Shown here: one piece after another, positions 51,583 to 64,000 of the stretch
Layout of the letters: each line of letters opens with the position of its first letter
Position numbering within the stretch: the stretch's first letter is position 1
Origin: Auanema rhodensis
Lineage: Eukaryota > Animalia > Nematoda
NCBI GenBank assembly: GCA_964057225.1
Contig: OZ059896.1
Coordinates: 6,634,001-6,698,000, forward strand
Reading direction: 5' to 3'
DNA: 64,000 nucleotides
The notes under the pieces: model-generated
What the model saw: the letters and a program-made list of their open reading frames with translations, nothing else
The model's database searches: none
Told to the model about the DNA's origin: nothing
Made by a program: the position numbers and the translations under genes

Positions 51583-54546
51583 TTATACAATACTAACCAT
51601 TGGCTGTCTATCATATAAACTTTGAGACATATGAAGATAAAGATCATTATTATCATTTGATTGTATACTTCCATTTGAATCTGGAATATGCCTAGCATCC
51701 ACATGTTCGAGCAGAGCTCGTGATATATCTCGTTTTCTTTCTAAGCTATGATACGATCCATCAACATCGCGCTCATATTCAAAGCGAACACTGAAATATA
51801 AAAATTAAAGAAATTTATATGAATAATAACGATTTTTCGTGAAAACCGATGAATTTTAAGCTTTGTTTTTGAACATAGATATAGCGATAATCTATTATAA
51901 ATTTTAAAATTTAAACGTAGCGTGTTCGTTGTGCAAATGTTCCAGAATTTTACATCAAAATAACATATTTGAATATACATATATAAATATATAAATAGAT
52001 GGAAAAAAAAGTAATAACCGAAATATGCAAGATCCAAATATGAACGATCCTCCAGAATATAATACTTGGGACATTGCAAGTATTATGGTTATATATGGAG
52101 ATTCTTTACGAAATTGGAAAGTTATGATTGAAACATATAAGAAACACATCTAAATAATTATTTCTAAATTAATATTTTTCTCATTTTTTTTAAAAACCTG
52201 GAATATAATCGAAATTGAACTTTGTATAGCTGGTGATATTGCTAGATAACGGTCTGATGATCGATTACGATTTCTAAAAAATTTATATTTGAATTAGGAG
52301 AAAGAAAAGATTATGAATACCTAGCTAAACATCCAGCATAGATGTTCCACAAAGCATAAGCAAAACTTAAGCTGCAGAAAAAGATAACAGGGAATAAGAA
52401 ATTTCCAATAAATAGCCAATCATAACCCCAGAATCTGAAATTTGACAATACATGTAAAGAAAATTTTTATAATAAATGATAAACCTTCTTAATGTGCGAT
52501 CTGCTTCATCGGAATAAATATGAGATGAGAAAGTTAAAAGGCCAGGCAAAACTATAATTGATGTAGTTTAAGCTTAGGTTTTTAATGAAAAAGCTTACTA
52601 AAGCATAAAGTGACAACTGTAAAAGGTCGACTGCAACATTTTTCTTCAATCAAATCTTCTTTTCCATTATTATTTTCAATATTATTATTTGTTTTAATTA
52701 TTTTAATTATTACATCTCGTATAGATGCTATAACTAAATATAATGATGATGAAATAGATAAAATTGAGAATTGAAGAAGAAGTTGTAAGGCTGGAGTAAT
52801 AGCAAATGGATCACCAATCTATAAAAAAATTAAATTTCAATAAATAATTTCTATATATTATGCAAACCTGAGGAGCAATTATCATAACAATATGAGTAAT
52901 TTCTAATAAAAATACAAAGAAAAGGAATACCAATAGAGCTACATCGATTGTCTGATTTCTGAAATATGAAAACTTCTAAAAGTTTCAACTGAATGATGTA
53001 AAACCTTTGAGCAGCAGCCATAAATAGAAGGAAAAGTGAACAAACAATTGAAGAAATTGTTGTTACAGATATAAGCCATGAAGATAAATCTGTTACCGTA
53101 TCATCTTGTAAGAATAAACGTTCCTAAATATATATATATATAATATTTAAAATAATTATTATATTACCGGAAGTATTGAATATATTCCAAATTTGGAAAC
53201 TTCACATTTAACAAATCCATGATATGAATGTGTTAGCTGTCTTACATCATCAGCAGTCCAAATATTTTCTGAAGAAGTAAACAAGGAAATTAAACTTTTT
53301 TTTATAATTTAAACAAACCTGATTGAACATATCTTACACAAGTATAATTCTCTAATCTATTATATGGTTTTAATAGAATTGTTAACTTTTCTTGATTATT
53401 ATTTGATTCATCATCTTCATTCAAATCATCACTTGTAACGACAACAACAGGATCTCTGAATTATTAAGGTTCTTTCTTTACAAAATTTCATTTAAGATAT
53501 CTTACTTAATGCTGACAATTTCGAATAAACTTGAGTTTGTCATACATATTCCACGTATTGTACGAGTTTCATGAATTTTCGGAATCTGCAAACAATCATC
53601 ACATAGTAACTCTAGTTCTATAACAAACTTACATTTATTCTACACCTTGTGCCTAATGACATATCATAATTATCTACAAGTTTTGGCCAATCGACAGCTT
53701 TAATCGCCAATGTATGTTCCGGAGATGATAAAGTCATTGGTGATGGTAATCGTTTAGCTAATTCCATTATAGCTGACATCATATACCACTAAATATAATA
53801 TTATAAATTATATAAAAAAAAATTTACAAAAAAACCTTTGCAACAGTAGTATTTCCATGCATTCTATTAATTTTAAGTGGCATTAATATATCCACTAATC
53901 TTGTAAGATCTTCAGCTATTTTTTGATCAAAATGAGCATGAGTTTTATCAAGTGAAAATGCAGGTACTTTCATTAAATCTTTTATAAATCTATAAATTAA
54001 TATAATTAAATTTATAAAATAAATATATAACATACTTAGCTACAGTATTTATTGTTGAAACACTATGTGCATTACCCAAAAATGTTCCCAATACTCCTAC
54101 ATGTGTTAGAACAGATCTCTAAAATATAAAAAAATGTTTAAACTTCTCTTGTATATTTCCCTTTTTTTCAGAACCCAATTTAACTTATGAAATGTAAAAA
54201 TTTCAATCCATCATCTTGTCACATTATTCTTCAACTTTCACAACATTTTACTTTTTCTTTCTTCTATTTTTCTTTTAATAGCCTGTTAACTATTCTAAGT
54301 TGACATCTTTCCTATTGTATAATATCTTGTTGTCAAACAAGCAGAATGAGATGCCATAAAAGGACACCTGCTTGGGTCCATTAAATGAAAATCCGGATGA
54401 CCCTTGTCTAACACTCAACAACGTAGTAGACATTGAACTAACTACTAAATTCTTTCCTTTTTTTTCTGTTCACATTCTCCATCATTATTTCTTTTTATAT
54501 GTTCTACCTCATTTCCATCTCTCTCTCTTTTTTTCTCTCTCTCCTT

Positions 54547-54585
<39 letters not shown>

Positions 54586-55300
54586 CTTTCTCTCTCTATC
54601 TCTATCTCTACTTCTCCATATTTGAATATCTCGAAACATTACACCAACCTGTGTTTTACATTGATCTTCTCCTGTTATTTTTGACCAGATGGCTTGATTG
54701 AAATGTGGATCCCATGTACAGGTTCTTTCCAGGAATATTGAATCGTCAATCATGTTATAAGGGCCTTAAGTAGAGTATATTATGACGTCATTAAATATAG
54801 AAATTCATAGTAAAGTATGAAACCATTTTCAAGATCTCTTTTCCCTCTTACAACTTCAACTTACAATGTAGCTTGCTTGTAGTATTAGTAGATACTTCTT
54901 GCCAATCTACACCTCCATATCCAGCTATTGTCTTTTCCATCGGACAGGTAGCTGCAAAATGAATTATTAACCTTTTAAGGTTTATCGTAAATCCTTTCTC
55001 TTCAATCTTTTTCCTTATTAGCTTCAATTTTTCGTGACAGCTATAAGTCACAGACTGTTTCTATAATGTTTTAACATCAAAGAACATAAAGCCGAAAATA
55101 ACTTCTTAAAGCTCTCAACCGCTTATTTTCTGTTTTATAAAAGGAGTACATGCCGTCTTCTTTAACATGCTTTTGCCGATGCGTTTTGATTGAGTCATAT
55201 GGTCATCTAAGACTAAGATATAAGTGTTGCCATTATGAATATTATGGATGTGTTCTTCATGCTGTAATTAAGTGTTTGGGTTCGGCTCTCTAGCTCTCAT

Positions 55301-55350
<50 letters not shown>

Positions 55351-58156
55351 TCTCTCTCTTTCTCTCTCTCTCTTTCTCTCTCTCTCTTTCTCTCTCTCTC
55401 CCTCTCTCTCTCATTATTACCATCAACATAATACGTAATATCTTTCACTCTCTTCTCCCTCAATCTGCTTCGCGATTTTCTTTCGTGTGCTCTATATGTC
55501 GTCGGGTTCTGTTGTTATACATGGTAGGCTTCAGCTCATTGGCGGGCCCCATCAGACACGAAAAGCAGGCTCCTTAAAATTGTCGGTCCGACCTAACTCG
55601 TCACCACGCGGAACAGCCTATTCCGGTCAGAGGGTTACTAGATCTTGAGACGACCAGCGTCTCTAATGACCGGTACTGCTTCTCTTTCGTTCCTTGTGCA
55701 TCTCGGCTTCTCTCTGTATTTCCTTTTATTGTTGAGTATTTCACAGCTTTAGCGGATTGTCTCAACGATAGAGCTGTCGAAACAGGAAATTTGCTCTCTA
55801 ACCTCAATATATGGTTCAGTGAGAACGATAACGAGCCGAAGGATATAGGCAGGAATAAGCATAGCCTTTCGGACATCCCACTCATCATTGAGTCTCAAAT
55901 CTCAATTCTTAGATTTCAATTAAGTCAAAAGTAAAGAAAATTATAATGAAGAGTGAAAAGAAATTCTTTTTTAATTTGAAAAATATTTAAAAATAAGTAT
56001 TGGAACGCTTTAAAGAGATTTACTCACCAATATTCGAACATGAGATTCCGGAATATCCTGGATAACACAGGCAATGCAAACCATTGTCGTCCGAAAATTG
56101 TTCAACTCTATTATAATTTCCATAATAACATAATGGTCGACCACCTTTTGAACATTCTCCAGAACATTGTATTTCTTGAGAGAAAAGAAAAAAAATGTTA
56201 TATAAAACTATTTTAATGTGAAATTTACCTTTTTGAATTACTTTAAATATTTGAATTTCTGAAGGTGTTTGACCAGAAGCATCCATTGCTATTACTTGAT
56301 ACGATAGTTTTCCTTCATTTGCTATTGAAATCTATAATATTAATTATATAAATAATAAAATATTTTAATCATTTATATATAAAAAACCTTAGTTAAAGCT
56401 TTAGTTTTCATTCCATCTAACTCATCTTCATACACAATATCTTGTCCTTTACGTACAACTAGACGATAACGATCAGCATGACCATATGATGGTAAATCCC
56501 ATTGAATAATTTGATAATCGGAAGTAGCTATGTTGACAGATAGATCACGAACAGCTGAATATCACAAATATTTTGTTGATATCTATATATGTACATTTCA
56601 TATAACTAACCAGATACTGTAACAGGAACAATAGTTAAATTTGCTATTGAATATAGTTGTGGAGATCCAAAATCAATAGCTAATATCTAAAATATATGAT
56701 ATAAATTAAAAATATACATATATATAAGAATAAATAAACCTGTGTACGTATAGGTCTGTATGGTACTTCATGTACTAATACATTTTTTAAGATAATACTT
56801 CCATTTGAAGAGATTTCAAACATTGAATCCTCTTTTGTAAATGTTAATCGTTTTTCAGAATTATAAATAACAGGATCATTATCAACAACCTTAATATATA
56901 TTATAATATATAAATTAATAAAATATATAATAATTACTTGAACTTGTGCTATGATAGTATTAATATCTGATGTCATCGGAATATAAAAAGTATATTGTTC
57001 TGATGAAAATGTTGGAGCATGATGATTACGGTGAGATATTATTATACGTAAATCTAATGAATGCATACGATTACCAGTACATAATCTAAATATTTACATA
57101 GTTTTATAATTAAATATTTTTAATTTTATAAATTACAAATGTAATGTTCCAGTATTATCAGGAGAATTACGAGCTGAACGTACTGTATCCGTTGTATAGA
57201 ATGCATTACGTGATGATCTAAGAATTTTTAATTATATCATATAGTTTAGCTATAGTATTATACCTATATTCAATCCAATCAATTTCTGTTTCTAATTGTC
57301 CAAAGCAGTTTTTCATTTTTTCAATTTGAGCTTGCAACTCAGAGCTCATAGTGAGACGAGTAGATTTTTCAGCCCCTTCATATATTCTCAAATCATAAAT
57401 TTCTGGTGTTAAAGCTGAAAAATAAGATTCAGCTTATACTAAATTTCGGTTGCACTATTTATCTGATACTTTATATAATTTGAAGGTTACAAGGGAAATG
57501 CTTTGAAAATTTAAAATTCTCATACGATGTTCTCATGCTGAGAGAGTAAGTTTGTAAATGGTTTGGAAGCTTTTATTCTATTCTCTTGTTCTGTTTGAGA
57601 CCTTCCTCTCTTTCTTACTCATTCCTTTTGAAAACAGAAGCACGAAATGATTGGAAGGGCTATTAGGACCCTTGGAGATTTGTTCAAAATTTCTATTGCG
57701 TTCAGTACTGACCACCGGAAATACTTTTCACAGTTAAAATTGTTTTTTTAAAACTAAAGCTATTAGAAAAATAAAAAGAATAGGTATAAATATCTTTTGA
57801 GAAATGTGTGTTTGATGAGAAATAACGTTTAAAATATTTTTTTTGAAATTTTCGAATTGAAAAACAGAAAATTTGTAGTAGCCAATGATGTTTTCAACTT
57901 TAGTTGGTCAACGAAAACTTGACAATGTAACTTTTTTTCTGTGAAAACAATAAAGATCTTCTAAAAAGGAAATTAAATGTAAATGAATTTAATAGCATAT
58001 ATTCAAAAGAATTATTCTTAAAGCTTAAGCTGTTCTAGTATAAAATAATTACAACTTTATATATATATAGTAAAGATTATATAAAGAAAAACCTGAATCA
58101 ATGTTTATAGCAAGAAGTGCTATGCAGATAATTGTGAAGTAGAGCTTTATCATCAT
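51583..58156 (-). CDS. Adhesion-type GPCR: signal peptide, cadherin-like repeats, FN3, EGF, HormR, GAIN/degenerate GPS, 7TM (flamingo-like, possibly the fmil-1 orthologue)
   Basis: MMIKLYFTIICIALLAINIDS, cadherin NHHAPTFSSEQYTF..VVDNDP..AIDFGSPQL, FN3 IIQWDLP..YQVIAMD, EGF CLCYPGYSGISC, HormR CP..GGVDWQ..C..RTCTW..W..DQC, GPS-like CVRY..W..CEVSKFGIYSIL, hydrophobic TM exons in 52000-53100, C-terminal VSIV*. The exon chain was joined manually. Confidence 0.75.
54516..54608. repeat. (CT)n-rich microsatellite
   Basis: CT dinucleotide runs within an adhesion-GPCR intron. Confidence 0.9.
55298..55412. repeat. Imperfect (CT)n microsatellite, about 110 bp
   Basis: Long CT run immediately 5' of the structured island. 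Confidence 0.92.
55465..55878 (+). ncRNA. Candidate ~400-nt structured RNA, antisense within adhesion-GPCR intron (family unassigned)
   Basis: Nested helices TTTCGTGT/ACACGAAA, CCGGTCA/TGACCGG, GAGACG/CGTCTC, TGCTT/AAGCA, GTTCCT/AGGAAT, TCGGCTT/GAGCCGA, ATTTCCT/AGGAAAT and ATTGTTGAG/CTCAACGAT, plus crossing ACAGCTTT/AGAGCTGT. G-U pairs favour the + strand. Confidence 0.55.
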
Positions 58157-59932
58157 AAACCTGAGAGTTTCGTATTGAACTTGAGATACATTCAAATGAA
58201 ACAGTTAAAATCTGAAACATAACTATATGATATAGTTAAAAACAATATTTTATATAAATAAATAAAGCAAAATTAAGAGAAAGTAGAGTTTAATCCATGA
58301 AAGGTATCAAGAGACTAGATGTAGTGAACGCAATTGTTCGCCACACCCCCTTCGTTCGCTCTCTTCACCCTAGCCACGACTCTCCTCTCCCATCTTTCTA
58401 TTATGTCGTTCTCGGGCCTTTAGGATGAGGAAAAGGAAGGATATAAGAAAAAGCAAAAGAGGGAGATATAGAGAGAAAATGATTGAACTATAACAGTTTA
58501 AAGATAGATTGAAAGAAATAGAGAGATAGAGAGAATGTCAGAAAAGGAGGTTGATCTTATAAGGCCATAAGCTTTATGTTTAATAAAGGCAATTAGTAAA
58601 TGAATGTCAAACATAAAAATTGAAGATGTTATAAATATTTTAGCCAAACAACACAATACAATAATCAAAAATAATTTTGAATTTGAAAATATTTTAATTG
58701 AAATCGCTGTCTCTACAGATTGAAATACAGAATAGTTCTTGTTCCGGATATAACATAAGCTTAAAGTTCATTTAAAAGACAAGAAAGTTACAAACTATTT
58801 GAATAAAAAGTATTTGTGTAATTTAAATTAAAAATATTTTTTTCAAAAAAGCTGTAATGATATTAAATCTTTCAGATAATATACATATAGATATATATAG
58901 TTAGTTAGTTAGATACATAGTATGTATATAATTACATGTCAATGTTATACATATAGTTTCATGTATGTAAATGATGTTGTACTATTTGTTTCTAAACGGA
59001 TATATGTATGTATATAGAAGCTATAGAAACATCTATATATATATATATATATTATATAATAATAATAATAATTAAATAATATAATTAAAAGATATTTTAC
59101 AAATTTTTTTGTTTGTTTTTTATAGAAAATGAACAGGTAAAATATAATTAAAGAAATAATATTATTCATATTATATTCACTTTTCATGCAAATTAAAACA
59201 AGAAAATGTTGGAAGAAAGTGCTTTTTTTGTTTTCCAATATGGGCTGAGAACGAATGAAATTGGAAGAGAAAAAGTTTGACAAGTGAAATTGGAAATATA
59301 TTGAAGATGATTGGTATAGATAATACTTTGTTAAAACAAAAAAAAAAAGATTTTTCTTCTGTTTCTTTTTAAAATAAAAAGAAATTTAGATAAACTATGT
59401 ATACATCTTCATATATATATATATATATATATATATCTATATATAGAATTATATAATTATAACTTAATCTTATAATTCTTGGAATATTTTCATTTATTAA
59501 TTTAAATCATGAGAATATTATTTTATTTATTTATATTTCAAAAACTATATATGAAATAAGTTAAATACAAAGTTATACATAAATATATAATTTTTTATAA
59601 TCATTTTTGAATAAAATATTCTACTTATTCTTTTTTTTTAAAATTTTATAAAAAAGTACATAGAAAATCAAATTGTTTTATTCAATTTGTAAGAAAAAAA
59701 ACGAAACAAAAACTTATTTCGATCAGCACATGAATTTCATTCGAAAACTAGCAGAATCTTTCTGCTTCGTCATTATCTTCTTTACTTCATTGAAATTCAG
59801 TTTTTCCTACATCTTTCACCTCTATTTCTATTTGAATCTTTCAAATTATGCATAGGATTACGTGATGTCTGAGGTTCAGTCATGCTTTTTCTTCTTTTAT
59901 TAGATAAAGAATATGAATTCAGTGGTATTTCT

Positions 59933-59952
59933 CTTCTTTTCTTTCTTTCTCT

Positions 59953-60013
<61 letters not shown>
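59933..60013. repeat. (CT)n microsatellite
   Basis: CTTT/CT run of about 80 bp. Confidence 0.92.
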
Positions 60014-60017
<4 letters not shown>

Positions 60018-60719
60018 CTTTATTCTACTCTGTATTATCTCCTTCTTTTCTTAAGTTTTTTCTTGAAACATTTTTATAAGAATTACTAATGACCAATTGA
60101 AAACATAAGACATTTCTTTACACTTATTAAAAGAATGATGCAACTTAACGGAGTTAAATACAACTTGAGAGAGAGAGAGGAAGTTAAAGAAGAAAATCTT
60201 AGGATGACGGCTTTAAGGACGAAAAGACAAGAGACTTAGAAGGATCGAAGACTACGATGAAAATAAGAATTCACTTCTTTTTCACTCATATTTCATTCAT
60301 TCCAGCTTTTCCTTTTATAGATCGTTTTCTTTCTATCTTAACATGCATTTATAAGTAAAAATTGACAATCTATACAGAGAGAAAAGACTTTTGACAAACA
60401 GGTCAATTCTACAAAATGACCAAGTGTTTCATACTTTAGCTGTAAATCAGTCATTCTTTTGTTTTTTTTTCAAAATTTAACATTGAATTATATGAAAGTT
60501 GTTAATCTATGAAATACAGCTATGAATCTTTGTCAGATATACATAAAAGTTTTTTTTAGAATAAAAAATGTTTAAGAAAATGCCGCAAACTAAGTCATTT
60601 TTCAAAAAAAAACCTAAAAGGTAACTGTAGAATATGAGCGAACTTTGAGTATTTAAATGATAAATACCATATGATATAGTTAACATTTAAATAATATTAT
60701 TACGAATAGATATGAATAT

Positions 60720-60721
<2 letters not shown>

Positions 60722-60752
<31 letters not shown>
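60722..60752. repeat. (GT)n microsatellite
   Basis: About 15 GT units. Confidence 0.92.
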
Positions 60753-60753
<1 letters not shown>

Positions 60754-61485
60754 ATCCATAAACGATAAATTGAAAATGGTTATAGACTTGATAGAGGTTA
60801 ACATATCGAAATAAGCAATTCAATTCTTATATGTTTCAATGATTTCTAAATATAAAGTTTTATAAAATATTTTGCCATAATTTGAATGAAAGGGTTAGTG
60901 CATAATTAAGATTATTGGTCATAAATGCCAATTGGCAATCTGATTGAAAGAGAGATGAGGTGAGGTGAAGAGAATGAGCATAGATAGATGAGATGAAAGT
61001 ACTGGAAAAGGTAATGAACTGGGTAATTTGTGTCAGATATGATTACTGTATATGTCAAAATAAATGTAATAAGTGATGCGGAAAATAAAAGTTAAAAGTT
61101 TCATTTTAGAGAAAAATGGAAATTGAGTGAAGCGAACACGTGAAAGAGAAACTTGTCTCAATATTGAAGAGGTAGTTAGATATCCAAATTAGGCGAAATG
61201 GATCAGAAGACGAAACATTGAATGACTATGATAAGTTGAATGAGATTATGAGAATTGCTTCTAGTGAAGGAGCGTTAGAGAGGGAGATCGAAAGAGAAAA
61301 AGAGAATAGAGGTGGACAGTGGGATTTGAAATCTTGAAAAGGATTGAAATCAAGTTGGATTTTGCGAATTTTCTGAAATGGCTATAAGCGTACGACGGAA
61401 AAATCATTCATGGCCATTATGATTGAGAAGTAAATGATAAACAGATAATTGAAGAAATCTATACATATGAATAAGATAAAATATT

Positions 61486-61487
<2 letters not shown>

Positions 61488-61529
<42 letters not shown>

Positions 61530-61540
61530 GAGAGAGAGAG
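61488..61540. repeat. (GA)n microsatellite
   Basis: GA run with one interruption. Confidence 0.9.
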
Positions 61541-63499
61541 GTTCAGGTAGTGTATATATAATAGAAAAGAAAGATGAGATTTTACGGTGAAAAGGATATA
61601 AAATCATTTCTGATTTGGATAATAAATCAAATTCACACTTTCACCAGAAGAATGATATATGATCAAAAGTGACAAGAAAGAGTTTGAATTATGGAATATT
61701 CTAAATGAATTAATTAGAAAAGGAAACAGAAAAAAAAAGAAAAAAAATTGAAAAGTGAAGCGAAACAAGGAAATACATTGATGGACAGATGATGTTGATG
61801 ATGAAGGACATAGTAGCCAGCTAAAATTACAATTCAGACGGCATAGATGTCCTAATAAGGATGTACAATGTGTCTTGAAAAGAAATTAAATTTAAAGCTA
61901 TTCTTCTTCTCAAACAGGTGAATTGAAGAAGAAATCTGGCAATGAGATTGAGAGCGAATGTCATCGTCTTACAAACTCAGGTTGTGACGACGTTGACCTA
62001 AGTTTCAATTAAACATACACAACAGTAGAAGACAGTCGAATAGTCGTTTGAATAGTTGAACGAGTAATGAGTGACAGACAAATGATTGACCGGAAAAGGT
62101 AAACAGGCTGCCAATCTGTATAGGATAAGCTTGTAGCTTATCTACGAGAAAATAAAAATTTAGTGAAGCGAAATGATGAACAAACAGAATTTGATGTCAT
62201 TTTGAGCTTAATAACTTTGTTAATTATAATAATAATAATATATAATTAATGATTAATAAGTTTAAAAAAAGAAGAAGAAAAAGAAGAATATATAAAATAA
62301 AAATAAAAACAAATTAAAAAAATATAAATATATACGTATACGTATATTTATATCTGTTTTTGGCATTTAAAAAGAAAAGAAAAAGATTTGGTTCTATATG
62401 GATATGAAAGATTTTGCAAAAAAAAAAAAAGAAGAGATGAATCATCTGAGGAAAGCAGGCATAGAGCCCATATCTGGCTGAGAAAATGTACAGAGGAATA
62501 TGAAAAAAAAGGTTTGTGATGACGATAGAATGAAAGAAAAGAATAAAAGTTTTATAAATAATATAAGAAACAAAGATAAAAATAATGTTTATGTAAGTTA
62601 GTATTGAAATATGAATTAGAAAGTAATGGGTGAGGTGTGTGAGATAGAAAAGGTGGGGGAGGAGAGGAGAGTGGTGGAAGAGTAAAGGAAGTCTGAAGGT
62701 TGTAAGGTTCATTTCCTAAATAGGTAGTTGCTGCTGAATCTCTATTGAATATACTAAATGGTTGCTAGACTATTAGGTGTTTAAACTAGGAAATATGTAT
62801 ATATATATATTTATAAGAAATATATAAATATAGTAGAATATAGTTAAATATAACATATAAAATTATTAATAATATAGTTAAAATATTTTATTTTAAAAGA
62901 AAATTATAATAAATGTTGTGTATATGTATATGTATATACATAATTTTAGATTTAAACCTTTAAGGTCTATAATATATAATGTATAATAGTATATAGATAT
63001 AAGTATTGACCTAAACAATCTATTATTATATATAAAATTATAATAATAATAATAGTATATATGCTTTATCTATAACTATTTTATTTATTTATAACAAATT
63101 TTAAAACAAATATATATTGTTGAAGAAAGTCCAAGTTTAGAGATCTATAAGAGATAAATGTCGATTAAGAGAAATGGATGTAAGAGGTAGATGAAACGAA
63201 CATACTCTCATGTACGAGTCCCTTGGGATGAATATAGTTCACATCACATTGAAAAAAGAGAAATACGAAGACAAAAGAGCTTTAAAGAAATGAGAAAATG
63301 GCTTTTATGGATAAGAATTTCAAAATGCAAGTGAAAACTATCTGGTATTGTAGTATATTGAAGGAGAAAAATCATACATTTACAATTTTTAATGACAAGA
63401 TAAATGAGACTAAAGGTCTAAAACTATTTGAAAATAACAAAAATTGAGAAAGAAAATGGTTTCAAAGATAGAAGATAAATCCTAAAAAAAGTTAGTGAA

Positions 63500-63530
<31 letters not shown>

Positions 63531-63543
63531 CAACAGAGAGAGA
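63500..63543. repeat. Imperfect (GA)n microsatellite
   Basis: GA runs with short interruptions. Confidence 0.85.
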
Positions 63544-64000
63544 TGAAGAAGAGTTACAGGAGAAGCCATATGAGAGAAAGTAATATTAAAATATGATGTA
63601 AATATGGTTCGTGATACAAGCTGCTTATACTATGAATATTTTATTATAATAAATAACTTTTTCTTCCTTTTGAAATGTTTCGATAAAAGAATAGAAAGTT
63701 GTAGATGCTCAGTGCTCAACATGTATATCTGATTTCAGCTGTATAATCTCGATCCACTATCTGGTAAACGAATGAAATTGTCAGAAATTTATCTTAAATT
63801 TACTAATTACAATAGAAATGAAGTCAAAGAAGAAGCCTAGGAATTTATAAAAATTTTGGTTGGAAAAATGAATATTTACATGGAAAATGAAGAGAAGCAT
63901 TAGATGATGAATGTTGCAACATACATGCACATACACATAGTAAACCAACGTCAATTGTTCAATTGTCTTCAGAAATCTAAGAAACATTGATGAAACTGGA

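Noticed and set aside
54372-55577. ORFs with SLSLSL or ERERER runs
   Set aside because: Translations of CT/GA microsatellites. Only the short HormR exons inside the - strand ORFs are real.
55589-55638. Twister-like CCTAACTC...GAGGG
   Set aside because: The conserved P4 loop and T1/T2 pseudoknot partners are missing, and the segment pairs better in the CCGGTCA/TGACCGG helix.
55860-55892. Hammerhead-like ATGATGAG...CGAAA on the - strand
   Set aside because: Core should be CTGANGA; stem II is poor and stems I/III with a cleavage triplet could not be built.
58945-64000. Short F/I/Y/L-rich ORFs in the right-hand 5 kb
   Set aside because: Products of AT-rich low-complexity DNA with no exon chain or recognisable domain.

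Overview
AT-rich nematode (rhabditid-like) genomic DNA with many ~45-55 nt introns, so the ORF track shows only exon fragments. Nine spliced protein-coding genes could be assembled by eye: hecd-1/HECTD1 (-, runs off the left edge), an atypical Cys-loop ligand-gated ion channel (+), a SER-6-like biogenic amine GPCR (-), sec-24.1/SEC24C (+), pold-2/POLD2 (+, probable operon partner of sec-24.1), ipmk-1 (-), ham-1 Storkhead-box (-), elks-1 (+) and a cadherin-FN3-EGF-HormR-GAIN adhesion GPCR (-). The least explained signal is a set of GC-rich, strongly base-pairing islands inside oversized introns. These are a ~370 nt multibranch RNA candidate in ipmk-1, several C/D- and H/ACA-like candidates in pold-2 and ipmk-1, and a ~400 nt element with crossing helices lying antisense in the adhesion-GPCR intron. 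I could not assign the two long ones to a known RNA family. No tRNA, rRNA, CRISPR or intact transposon was seen. Exon boundaries, gene names and RNA folds are manual and unverified by computation.
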